A stretch of 64,000 nucleotides of DNA from a virus (Duplodnaviria > Caudoviricetes): positions 19,915 through 83,914 of the IMG/VR virus record IMGVR_UViG_3300042257_000094. One strand, given 5' to 3'. Below, one piece after another: positions 8,412 through 17,550 of the stretch (the first letter of the stretch is position 1; each line of letters begins with the position of its first letter). The position numbers and the translations under genes are program-made. The notes beneath the pieces are model-generated. The model was not told the origin of the DNA. It ran no database searches and worked only from the letters and a program-made list of their open reading frames with translations.

Positions 8412-8936
8412 ATGCGGCTTTTTTACAAAATTGAGAGAATGTTTGACTACATCCGGTATGATATTCCCTATGGACTTAGAAACCTTTGGAATTGGTTTCC
8501 TGTTATTTGGAATCATCGAAGTTGGGATGCTGTTTTTAGTCTCATGGTTCTTAAAAAGAGTCTCACAGAGGTTAGGGACGCCATAGAAAGAAACGCGCGA
8601 CACTTGGGATATGAGAAAAATGTGAGGAGAATGACCGTAGCTATTGAATGTCTGAAAAGGATTCTTGAGGAGGGTGATTTTTCTTATACAGATATGGCGT
8701 TTGATAAGCATGACGAGAAATGGGGAGAGCTTGAGTTTAGTTTTAAAGATGTTGAGGGGGCTAATGGAAATCTTAGTGAAACGATCTTTTCTAGAGACAA
8801 CGTGAATACTAAGGAAGACGAAGAGCAAGAAGAAAAAGAATATAAGTGGTGTTCTGAGAGAGAAAAGAAACTCAGGCAACAAGATATTGATATTTTTTTT
8901 GATACCATGAAACATTTTAGGAAGTGGTGGGATTGA
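8412..8936 (+). CDS. conserved hypothetical phage protein
   Basis: NLWNWFPVIWNHRSWD...KWWD pattern. Confidence 0.6.
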   Translation: MRLFYKIERMFDYIRYDIPYGLRNLWNWFPVIWNHRSWDAVFSLMVLKKSLTEVRDAIERNARHLGYEKNVRRMTVAIECLKRILEEGDFSYTDMAFDKHDEKWGELEFSFKDVEGANGNLSETIFSRDNVNTKEDEEQEEKEYKWCSEREKKLRQQDIDIFFDTMKHFRKWWD

Positions 8937-8945
8937 GTATAATAT

Positions 8946-9155
8946 ATGCTATACACTGAAGATAGATTTATATGTAATCAATGTGGATCTTCTGAGTGGA
9001 ATATGTTAATGTTACAGGATACCGTTTGGAAAATAATTAGTAAATATAAAAGAGAATTTTTATGTGTCCCTTGTATGGAAAAAAGAATGGGAAGAAAATT
9101 TAAGGAGTCGGAAATTAAACCAAATTTACTTTGTAATGATCGGTGGTGGAATTGA
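8946..9155 (+). CDS. small Cys-rich protein
   Basis: CNQC...LCVPCMEKRMGR. Confidence 0.55.
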   Translation: MLYTEDRFICNQCGSSEWNMLMLQDTVWKIISKYKREFLCVPCMEKRMGRKFKESEIKPNLLCNDRWWN

Positions 9156-9183
9156 TTATGTTTAGGAAAGTTGGGAGTTAATT

Positions 9184-9969
9184 ATGAGTGAAATAAATCC
9201 AAAGGATGTATCGTGTAAAAAGTGTACTAAATGTGGAGAATTTAAGTCTTTGGATGAGTTCTATAAATCGCCTACAGGAAAATTTAAAAGGGTTAGTAGA
9301 TGTAAGGAGTGTTTTAGGCTATATCAAAGGGAATACCAAGAAGAGCTTCGATTAAATAATGAAAAATATAAAGAATATAAAGAATATCAAAAAGAATATA
9401 GGAAAAATAATTTAGACAGACTTAGGAAACAAAAAGCAGAATGCGCCCGTATATGGCAAAGAAAACCTGCTAAATATACTACATATAAAGATAAATTGAC
9501 TTCTTTAGAATCCCCTAGAAAAGGAGAGGGCGGTATATTAGAGGTCAGGTGTGCAACTTGCCGGGAGTATTTTATTCCTAGTAAACAAAATGTACAGAAT
9601 AGAATAGATTCATTATATAGCAGTAACAGACGAGGGGAGTGCCGTCTTTATTGTTCCGAAGAATGTAAAACCTCTTGCTCTGTATATAATCAAAAGAAAT
9701 ATCCAAAAGACTTGACTAAACCTATTAAAAGAGAATATTCTAAAGAATTTCGTGAAATGATTCTTGAAAGAGATGAATATACTTGTCAAGTTTGTGGTGA
9801 GAGGTTTGATTCTAAAGAATTGCAAGCGCACCACATCAACCCTGTTATTTGTTCCCCAATGGAACAAGTAGATATTGAAAACGGAATTTGTGTTTGTAAA
9901 GAGTGTCATAATAAACTGCATGATCAAGATGGCTGTCGTTATCATGAATTACGGGATACTAAAAAATAA
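9184..9969 (+). CDS. HNH homing endonuclease
   Basis: N-terminal CxxC...FY...CKEC; ERDEYTCQVCG...AHHI...NGICVCKECHNKLH. Confidence 0.9.
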   Translation: MSEINPKDVSCKKCTKCGEFKSLDEFYKSPTGKFKRVSRCKECFRLYQREYQEELRLNNEKYKEYKEYQKEYRKNNLDRLRKQKAECARIWQRKPAKYTTYKDKLTSLESPRKGEGGILEVRCATCREYFIPSKQNVQNRIDSLYSSNRRGECRLYCSEECKTSCSVYNQKKYPKDLTKPIKREYSKEFREMILERDEYTCQVCGERFDSKELQAHHINPVICSPMEQVDIENGICVCKECHNKLHDQDGCRYHELRDTKK

Positions 9970-10182
9970 ATAAACGATAACTATATTAAATCTATTTAAT
10001 CAGAAAATATTTTTAACACTCATTTTCTAAAAAGAAAATAAGAAAATGGAAAAAATTCTAGCTCGATTATTATTTTCCAACTCACGCCCAAGCATAAACA
10101 AAAATCAAAAAACATCTTGACTTTCATTTCAGTTTGGACTATAAAATATCTCAACAAATCGAAACAAAAAGGAGTTCACAAC

Positions 10183-10377
10183 ATGACCAAGAATGAAGTT
10201 GTCAAGGTTTTCATGGAAAGAGATGGAATGTCTGAACTGGAAGCACAGGGACTCTTCAATGAGATCATGGATGATGTTCAGAGCATGATGGATGAGTGGG
10301 ATTTCATTGGAGCAGAAGAAGTTTTTATGAGTGAAACCGGACTTGAGCTAGATTATCTTTTGAATGTGTTGATGTAA
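10183..10377 (+). CDS. small acidic early protein
   Basis: Own promoter at 10116, AGGAG RBS, terminator downstream. Confidence 0.7.
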   Translation: MTKNEVVKVFMERDGMSELEAQGLFNEIMDDVQSMMDEWDFIGAEEVFMSETGLELDYLLNVLM

Positions 10378-10402
10378 ACGAAAAGACAAAACACAACAAA
10401 AA

Positions 10403-10435
10403 GAAAAGGAGCTTCATGTCGAGGCTCCTTTTTTG
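10403..10435 (+). terminator. intrinsic terminator
   Basis: AAAAGGAGCTTC/GAGGCTCCTTTT plus T-tract. Confidence 0.8.
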
Positions 10436-10652
10436 TGTCTTAATAGTAGGTAAATAGATAGATAAAAAAGAAAAGGCAAGAGGGATAAAATCCTTTTGTC
10501 TTGTTTTGTATAAGAATATTTTTGTTAGATAATTTTTATTATTTTATATAGACAAATGTAACAAATCGTAAAATGCTTATATAGGACTTCAGGGTAATGC
10601 GGATTTCGCGCCTAACCCGTGGGGGGCCGGCTCGATTCTAGACTTTCACCGG

Positions 10653-10722
10653 TGATAACCATTCTCAGCCGATATTGAGAATCATTTTCATTGATAACCA
10701 TTCTCATTGATTCTCATTTTCA
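10653..10722. promoter_or_regulatory. array of four Fur-box-like 7-1-7 motifs
   Basis: TGATAACCATTCTCA (10653, 10692), TGAGAATCATTTTCA (10676), TGATTCTCATTTTCA (10708). Confidence 0.6.
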
Positions 10723-11155
10723 ATTAGAAAAATTGGAATTGAAAAATCGTCGGTATGATATTTTATAGAATATACGATACCTATATACGTTTACATAGTA
10801 CGGAAAAAACGTAGGTCAAAAAATTGTCACTCTATTTTTTCAAAGATCAATACCTACCAAAATAATGACAAGCTGCGCGGAGGCATATTTTGCGCTCAAT
10901 GTCAAGCGATGTTATGGCACAAAATGAAAAAAATGTCAAGAAAATTCGGCAAGCATAAAAAGAAATGCTTGTCAAGTATTATTTTCAAAAAATGATGATT
11001 TTTTTTGCCGGCATGCTACATCATATATATAAGCAAAAAATGAGATAAAAAACAAAAAATCTGAAAAAACCTATTGACAACTCCGCCAGTATTTGAGACA
11101 ACAAAAACAACGGCAACGGGGAATAAACAAAAAACAAAAAACAGGGAGAATAAAA

Positions 11156-11380
11156 ATGACAAACTTTGCAGCCGCCACTATGACCGGTCTCCGCCGCAAC
11201 CTCCGCAACTACTACGGCAAGCGCAACTATCGGATCACGGCAAGCGGCGAGGTGCATTACTACGGCAATCCTATTGACGAGTACGACCGCACACATGACT
11301 ACTGGCATTATTTAGGTCGCGTCGAATATGTCGATAACGCCGTGACAAGGGAACGCGGTACAGTTTGGCGTATTGTATAA
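11156..11380 (+). CDS. early-island hypothetical protein
   Basis: RBS GGGAG; promoter near 11074. Confidence 0.65.
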   Translation: MTNFAAATMTGLRRNLRNYYGKRNYRITASGEVHYYGNPIDEYDRTHDYWHYLGRVEYVDNAVTRERGTVWRIV

Positions 11381-11446
11381 AAAATCGCTTGACGCGGTAA
11401 ACCGGATCAGATAGAACAAAAAAAACAAAAAAGAGGAGCCAGGAGA

Positions 11447-11869
11447 ATGCAGAAAAAAATTAACCATATCAAGCGCGAATTGCACGATCAGTTTGCACGC
11501 TATAATCACGATTTTTCATCGGCAATTGGGTTTTATGTCGACGAACTGACCAAAAAATCTGAAGGATACGACAACGTCGAAGATGTTATTGCCGACTTTT
11601 CCATGGGATGCTCAAGCGGCGTTGTTTCCGGTCTGATTTATTATTCCGATACTATTCGTTTTTTTGAGGAAAATAGGCCGGGAATTGTTGAACTTTTGTT
11701 GGAATTGCAGGACGATACCGGAGAAAATTGGATTAATATTTTCCGCGACATTGACAAAGACGACATTTTTTGCGACGAGCCGCACAATAAAAATCAATTG
11801 GCGTGGTATCTCTTTGAGGAACTCAATTATCGTGCTGAAATGATTTTGGAAAATACGGGGGAAAATTAA
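11447..11869 (+). CDS. acidic early protein, candidate DNA mimic
   Basis: GCSSGVVSGLIYYSDT..FF...KNQLAWYLFEE; D/E rich. Confidence 0.6.
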   Translation: MQKKINHIKRELHDQFARYNHDFSSAIGFYVDELTKKSEGYDNVEDVIADFSMGCSSGVVSGLIYYSDTIRFFEENRPGIVELLLELQDDTGENWINIFRDIDKDDIFCDEPHNKNQLAWYLFEELNYRAEMILENTGEN

Positions 11870-11871
11870 AA

Positions 11872-11982
11872 ATGGAATGGCTCGACGACTACGCGAAAGA
11901 ATTGGAATGTTTTGATGGACTAGACGTTGATTGTCTTGGTTGTTATGAAGCGGAAGAAACGGAAGAAACGGAACAAGAGTAA
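11872..11982 (+). CDS. 36-aa highly acidic peptide (not in ORF track)
   Basis: MEWLDDYAKELECFDGLDVDCLGCYEAEETEETEQE; starts 2 nt after the previous stop, GGGGG RBS. Confidence 0.55.
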   Translation: MEWLDDYAKELECFDGLDVDCLGCYEAEETEETEQE

Positions 11983-12009
11983 TAACAGAAAAAACAAGGA
12001 GAACAAAAA

Positions 12010-12282
12010 ATGGAACGTAAAAACTATATGCTCAACGGACATAGTGTGTCTCTGAAAACTGCAAGTGATATCAAATGGTACCACCTTGAAAAAAATCCCG
12101 ATTCTCACTTTTTCGACCGCGAGACTATGTTATTTTTTGGGGATACTATGGGTAATTTTGGGGTTTATTGGGATGAAAACGGCTATCGCTGCATCTATCG
12201 CAAAAAACCCGTAAAAAACGGCTTGCGCGGCGGTTTCCGATTGCGTGATGAAGACGGCGATCTCATGCCGATTCGGAAGTAA
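12010..12282 (+). CDS. early-island protein with HFFDRETMxFFG motif
   Basis: Shared RBS leader AAAAAACAAGGAGAACAAAAAATG. Confidence 0.7.
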   Translation: MERKNYMLNGHSVSLKTASDIKWYHLEKNPDSHFFDRETMLFFGDTMGNFGVYWDENGYRCIYRKKPVKNGLRGGFRLRDEDGDLMPIRK

Positions 12283-12378
12283 AAAATCAATTTTCAGCTT
12301 GACAGATGCAGGGCGATTGAAATAATATCGCCTTGCATCGAATGAAGTTAAAAATTAAAAAAACAAGGGGAACAAAAA

Positions 12379-12978
12379 ATGCGTACAATCATCAAAGAGA
12401 CAACGGTTTACAAGTTTGGGGAATTGCCGGACGAATCGCAGAAAAAGGCGTTGGATAACTACAGGGATATTAATGTCGATTATCCTGATTGGGATGATTA
12501 TGTGATCGAATACTGGCAGGAAAAACTGGCAAGCATCGGTTTTGATGACGTTGAGATACAATACTCCGGCTTCTGGTCACAAGGAGACGGCGCAAGTTTT
12601 ACGGCCGATGTTGATTTTTTGAACCTCCTGCCTACGTATATTGATTATGCATTGGAACCTAACAGCAAACAAGCAAAAAGGTTGATCGCGCTTGCCCTGG
12701 CCGGATACTTTGATGGAGCGTGGAAAATTGAAAGAATGTCTTATCATTACATGCATGAAAATACAATATCCTGCTCCGAAACATATGGGCTTGATTGCCT
12801 TGTAAATAATGAGATACTCAATATTGAGCAAAATATCACGGACCTTGCGCGGCACTATTCGCGGGAAGTATACGCAAGCCTTGAAAAAGAATACGATTTT
12901 TTGACAAGTGATGAATCGGTAAAAAGAGCATTGATCATCAACGGATATGAATTTACACTTGACGGAAAGATTTATTAA
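12379..12978 (+). CDS. conserved early/leading-region protein (YSGFWSQGDGASF motif)
   Basis: VYKFGEL...YSGFWSQGDGASF...EYDFLTSDE...NGYEFTLDG; acidic. Confidence 0.7.
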   Translation: MRTIIKETTVYKFGELPDESQKKALDNYRDINVDYPDWDDYVIEYWQEKLASIGFDDVEIQYSGFWSQGDGASFTADVDFLNLLPTYIDYALEPNSKQAKRLIALALAGYFDGAWKIERMSYHYMHENTISCSETYGLDCLVNNEILNIEQNITDLARHYSREVYASLEKEYDFLTSDESVKRALIINGYEFTLDGKIY

Positions 12979-12995
12979 AACAAGGAGAACAAAAA

Positions 12996-13556
12996 ATGAA
13001 AATCACTATCAATGCCAATGTTTTTTACGCCGTAGCATGTTTTTGCAGCGATGACGACGCGATGGAGGCGGTTACTTGTGTCCATGTGACACAAGATGCA
13101 ATCCAGGCCACCAATGGATACGCTGCAATGCGATATACAAGACAAGACGGGGAACCTATTTTTTCGGACCGTGAATATCTGATCAAGCCCGATAAAAAAG
13201 TATTAACCAAGGCAAAACAAGAAAAGGCATTACACATGTGCGTGGATGAAGAAAACACACTCACGGTACTGGACAAGCACGGTAAAATCATGATACAACA
13301 AAAAAATGCTTTGCGCGATTGGCAATTTCCGAACATGCAACATATATGGTCTTTTTTACAAAACGGACCGGTTGATATGCAATATGTTCCGGTGTTCTCA
13401 AAAATGTTGGAATTGATCGCAAAGCCGTTCCCGCACGAAAATGAACCCGTCAAAATCACATCAACCGGAGATGAAAAGCCGTTGATAGTTGAATATATCT
13501 ATCAACCGCGATATGATTGCCTTGTGATGCCAGTTTATCTTCCCGCCACGGAATAG
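12996..13556 (+). CDS. truncated DNA pol III beta-clamp-like protein
   Basis: VHV...QATNGYAA...FPN...KPLIV...LVMPV resembles clamp domain motifs (ATDGHRL, YP, LIMP). Confidence 0.5.
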   Translation: MKITINANVFYAVACFCSDDDAMEAVTCVHVTQDAIQATNGYAAMRYTRQDGEPIFSDREYLIKPDKKVLTKAKQEKALHMCVDEENTLTVLDKHGKIMIQQKNALRDWQFPNMQHIWSFLQNGPVDMQYVPVFSKMLELIAKPFPHENEPVKITSTGDEKPLIVEYIYQPRYDCLVMPVYLPATE

Positions 13557-14046
13557 CAAGAAAAAACAAAAAATCTTTTCCCGATATCCTGACTATAACA
13601 AAACCTCTTGCCACAAACGACAAGGGGTTTTTTCATATTCATTGATTGAAAATGAAAATTAATATCAAAAAAAAGCACAAGCAAAGAGACAATACAAAGC
13701 ACGCAACCAACCAGCACCAAACAACACCTATATACGCCCGTTCCCGGCGTTCTAAGGCGTTTTAAGTGATTCCTGATATATGGACAAGGGAAAGTGTGCA
13801 AAATGGATTCTGGGCGTATTTGCGGGCGATTTATGGGGCATGGGATGGATATGAGGAGCAAAGAGGCGGGAAAGCGGATCATATAAGGTAGGTGAGACTG
13901 AAAATCGTTATCAATTATAAAACGATGGGCATATAATGGATATATAATGAGTATAGCAGTATTCATGCGAGCACGCCTATTCCAATAGCATATTTGATAA
14001 AAAATAAAAAATCCTAGAATCGGTATAAAAAAGATACTGTTGCAAA

Positions 14047-14157
14047 ATGCAACACTTGTGCAAAAAGTTGCATTATCAATTTTTCTGATAGTAATCATCA
14101 AAAAAACTGATAATGCGTTTTGGGTATGATGATTATATAAGACCATACCCAAAACGC
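14047..14157. repeat. adjacent inverted repeats (hairpin cluster)
   Basis: AATGCAAC/GTTGCATT; GCATTATCAATTTTTCTGA/TCAAAAAAACTGATAATGC; perfect 14-bp GCGTTTTGGGTATG/CATACCCAAAACGC. Confidence 0.85.
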
Positions 14158-15092
14158 CCAAGCGATTGATATTCCTAGCTCATTTTTCCACGTCAATTCT
14201 AGCTTCCTGGCAAATAGTGGGTATGCCCGTACTATTCACCCATATTGCCAGGTTCTGATAGGCACGGGCAAGCCGGGAACCCTATTAATACGTTTACTGG
14301 ATACCGCCTTGTACACATGGTCATAGGTGGCTATCAGGATATAATGAGTGATAATATCAAAGGATAGCAGGCAGTTACCTTGCTAGTGTGCCAGTATAGG
14401 AAGGCAGGCAATCAATATAGCCAGACCTATGGGACCATAAATATCTGATATAATTGGGATTTTGCTAGTTGAGAATGAGAATCAACTACCCCACCCCCCT
14501 CCTTTGAATCTATACCTCCCCGGTAGGAAATATGGAGATAGGGACACCACCACATTTCTCCAGCAAATTTTTGAAATATTAGGAATGGGGTGGTTATGTT
14601 CTTCTTGACATTTCCCACAATATACCTTATGATTTCAACTTATCTGGACAAGGTGGTTTAGATCTATTTCATGGTATTTTATATTATTAGAACAAGGTGA
14701 AACAACAAAGGAGCTTATTTCAGGTTAATTAAAAAAGTTAAAACAGCAGGGGGATGTTAATTAAATAATTAGACTTTTTTAAATAACACCACAAAAAACC
14801 AATCGTGTTACGGGAACGTGTTACGCAAATTCCGAAATCCCCTAGGGAGAGCAAAAATTAAAAGTGAGTGATACCAACGGTTTTGTAAAATTGCTGAGTT
14901 GCTGCATTTTTTGCAATATCTCAATTCGTGTGCAATGAGTGCTACTTTTTTATAAAAACGTGTTACATAATAGAGGTAACGAAGTTCAAATCCTTCTGTT
15001 TTATTGAATCACTTGACAAAATTAAATCTATATGCTAGGCTCTGCTCTAGTTAATGGATAGTATTTTGAAATCTAAAAAGAAGGAGAAGAAA

Positions 15093-15425
15093 ATGTTTGG
15101 TTATAGAATTATTTCAGATGAAGAGCTTGCTATCTTAAAGTACGAAAAATATGGAGCAGGTAGATATGTAGAGCAACTTAAAAAAGAGAATGAGATGTTA
15201 CGGAACAAGGTGGATGTGTTGGAAAAAACCATTCACAAATATATGGAGGAAGAGGGGGAGGAAGCCCTTTGCGATCCTGAAATCATGGGATGGGAAGAAT
15301 CAAGTCCTTGCGATAACTGTAGGAATCATCATGATATAATTTTTGTACAGGAGGGAGACATAACCAATGAAATTTGTAATGAATGTGAAATGCCTGAAAT
15401 GACAAATTGGGAACCCTGCGAATAG
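15093..15425 (+). CDS. hypothetical protein
   Basis: Promoter at ~15012, AAGGAG RBS; coiled coil and C-terminal Cys pairs. Confidence 0.6.
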   Translation: MFGYRIISDEELAILKYEKYGAGRYVEQLKKENEMLRNKVDVLEKTIHKYMEEEGEEALCDPEIMGWEESSPCDNCRNHHDIIFVQEGDITNEICNECEMPEMTNWEPCE

Positions 15426-15446
15426 AAAAAAGAAGGAGAAATAGAA

Positions 15447-15854
15447 ATGGATTTCAAGAAAAATGATCGAGTTGTGAATGTTGCGACAGGGGATGTTGCT
15501 CGGTTTGAAGAGGAATTGTCTGGAGGTTTATGTCTCGTATATGTTATCGATTATACGGGACGTAAGGTTCGGCTCGGGTGGGATAAGACGTTCATTCGTG
15601 AATTCTACGAGGAGCATAAGCAGCCTGAAGAGTTTGCGCCTACGGAAGAAGATGGGCGAAAAGGAACATATAAGTTTCATGTGAGTTTTTATTTGAGCAT
15701 CGGTGTTAGGGTTGCTTATGGCTCCGATACTATGACTTCTGATTCCCCAGAAGTTTGTGAAGAGGATATCGAGTACTTTATTAGAACAAAAGAAGAATAC
15801 TTTGGTAAAGGCTCACGGGTGGTTGTTCTTAACATCATCCCGCTTGCTATTTAG
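15447..15854 (+). CDS. hypothetical protein
   Basis: AAGGAG RBS, operon context. Confidence 0.6.
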   Translation: MDFKKNDRVVNVATGDVARFEEELSGGLCLVYVIDYTGRKVRLGWDKTFIREFYEEHKQPEEFAPTEEDGRKGTYKFHVSFYLSIGVRVAYGSDTMTSDSPEVCEEDIEYFIRTKEEYFGKGSRVVVLNIIPLAI

Positions 15855-15859
15855 GAGAT

Positions 15860-16081
15860 TTGAAAATGAATGTGAAATGGCGAAGAGTTGGAAGCGAGAT
15901 TCCAAAGATGGACCACGCACTTCTTTGCAAAGGTGAACTGTCTAAATCCCCGATTATTGCGTGGTATGATTTAGGAAGCGACATGTTCTATAACTGTCAT
16001 AACTTCCCGGTAAAAGCATCCCACTTTGTTTATATACTTGATGTGTTTGATGCAATTAATGAGAATGGGGGGCACGAATGA
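15860..16081 (+). CDS. hypothetical protein
   Basis: AGGAG RBS, operon context. Confidence 0.5.
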   Translation: MKMNVKWRRVGSEIPKMDHALLCKGELSKSPIIAWYDLGSDMFYNCHNFPVKASHFVYILDVFDAINENGGHE

Positions 16082-16302
16082 AAGAGGACACGGTAGAACA
16101 CAGATTTACCTATCAGCGGCAGGAAGCCTTTGAGCAAATGATTGATGTATTGGTAGCAAAAGTGGAACCTCTTGATGCGCCAGAACTTAGAAGTGTGTAT
16201 GTGGACCGAGGGATGCGAATCATGTTGCTCAAAAGAGATAAGATTGCAGAAGAAACTTATGATGCTGAAACCAAAAAATATGAATGGAGGATTCTGATTT
16301 GA
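16078..16302 (+). CDS. hypothetical protein
   Basis: ATGA start/stop overlap. Confidence 0.55.
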   Translation: MKEDTVEHRFTYQRQEAFEQMIDVLVAKVEPLDAPELRSVYVDRGMRIMLLKRDKIAEETYDAETKKYEWRILI

Positions 16303-16303
16303 A

Positions 16304-17287
16304 ATGGCCCAATCTCTTGGTGAATTTGTAGAAGATATCGTCGGCGATTATTTTATCAACGATGATGAATATTTTGAATCAAAATATCTTTTTGATTTTG
16401 ATGAAGAAGAGGAGTGGGACGATGCGGGCGAGTTTGAAAAATTGTCTGCCCCCTCCTATTCTCCTTCTGTGTGTTCTATTGATTATTGTGATAAAGAGGC
16501 CAATGAGAGTGGGTTCTGTGAATATCACCGAAAACTGGCTGAAGCAGGAATCATATTTGAAACCAGAAAACAAGAGACGAATTACTTTCGATCTTTTCAA
16601 CCAAAAAAAGAAAAAGAAAAAAAGAACCGTTGCATAATCCCGGGCTGCCCCCAAGTTACCAAAACAAACTATCGAGTTCTTTGTCCAAGACATCACAGAG
16701 AAGTTGTAAAATATGGGCACACGATAACAGAAGGATTGGGTAGACATAGAGTATTCATTTATAAAAATAAAAAACGGAACCTGAACTTTGGGGAAGTCGT
16801 TGTATATAGACCACAAATAAATGATTTTGTTTCTCTGATATTAGACTACCCATTCTACCACGAGGTTAGGCGATCCAAAATACTTTTTCTTGAACATGGT
16901 GTGCCGTGGATAATACAGAAAAGGGGAAAGAAGAAAAAGATAGCGAACCATGTGTTAGGTCTTGCTAATAAACATATTGTGTTTTATAATAACAAAAATA
17001 TATATGACTTGAGAGCTAGTAACCTGAAACCAATGGATAAGTTCAAGTTTGATTTTATAGATTGGAGCGCAAATAATTGGCTTAAAAATCATTCTTATAT
17101 CCACTATGAAAAAAGTTCGCGGCACTGGTGTGTTGAAATGTTCGCTAATCTTCCGGAATCAAGGGTAAGAAGATATTTTAAAACAAAAAAAGAAGCAAAA
17201 ATATTTAGAAACCTGGTCATAGAAGCGGTCTATGGAAAAGATATATTTTATTTAATACGAAAATATAAGAAAGGTGGATTTATTTAA
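16304..17287 (+). CDS. degenerate HNH-AP2-like protein with Cys/His fingers
   Basis: CSIDYC..CEYH, CIIPGC..LCPRHH; NNKNIYDLRASNL is HNH-like but lacks the catalytic His; C-terminal AP2-like W...F.TKKEA. Confidence 0.5.
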   Translation: MAQSLGEFVEDIVGDYFINDDEYFESKYLFDFDEEEEWDDAGEFEKLSAPSYSPSVCSIDYCDKEANESGFCEYHRKLAEAGIIFETRKQETNYFRSFQPKKEKEKKNRCIIPGCPQVTKTNYRVLCPRHHREVVKYGHTITEGLGRHRVFIYKNKKRNLNFGEVVVYRPQINDFVSLILDYPFYHEVRRSKILFLEHGVPWIIQKRGKKKKIANHVLGLANKHIVFYNNKNIYDLRASNLKPMDKFKFDFIDWSANNWLKNHSYIHYEKSSRHWCVEMFANLPESRVRRYFKTKKEAKIFRNLVIEAVYGKDIFYLIRKYKKGGFI

Positions 17288-17550
17288 TGAAAAAACTAAA
17301 AAAACTAAAAAAACTAAAAAATATAAAAGAGACAGTTGGGATGCTGGGAGGAAGTGGAGATCGATTCACATGTGTTTGGTGGAAAAGGCCGTTTGTGTTT
17401 CCCATCTATATTTATTGTTTTATTTATACACAGTTCTTTTGGATCTATCACATGGTGAATTTCCTCTTGTTTGGTGATATGTCGATCTTTGATGTGGAAG
17501 ACGCCGCCGGTGACATACGTACAGGGGGTGAGAGCAATGACTATGAATAA
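17287..17550 (+). CDS. hypothetical membrane protein
   Basis: Coupled to the upstream ORF; hydrophobic segment. Confidence 0.4.
   Translation: MKKLKKLKKLKNIKETVGMLGGSGDRFTCVWWKRPFVFPIYIYCFIYTQFFWIYHMVNFLLFGDMSIFDVEDAAGDIRTGGESNDYE

Noticed and set aside
13535-14161. 208-aa minus-strand ORF
   Set aside because: No RBS or protein-like features; it runs through the hairpin/motif-rich tract opposite to local transcription.
10910-14430. Sigma54 promoters (several TGGCA/GGCA motifs)
   Set aside because: None examined has the GG-N10-GC spacing.
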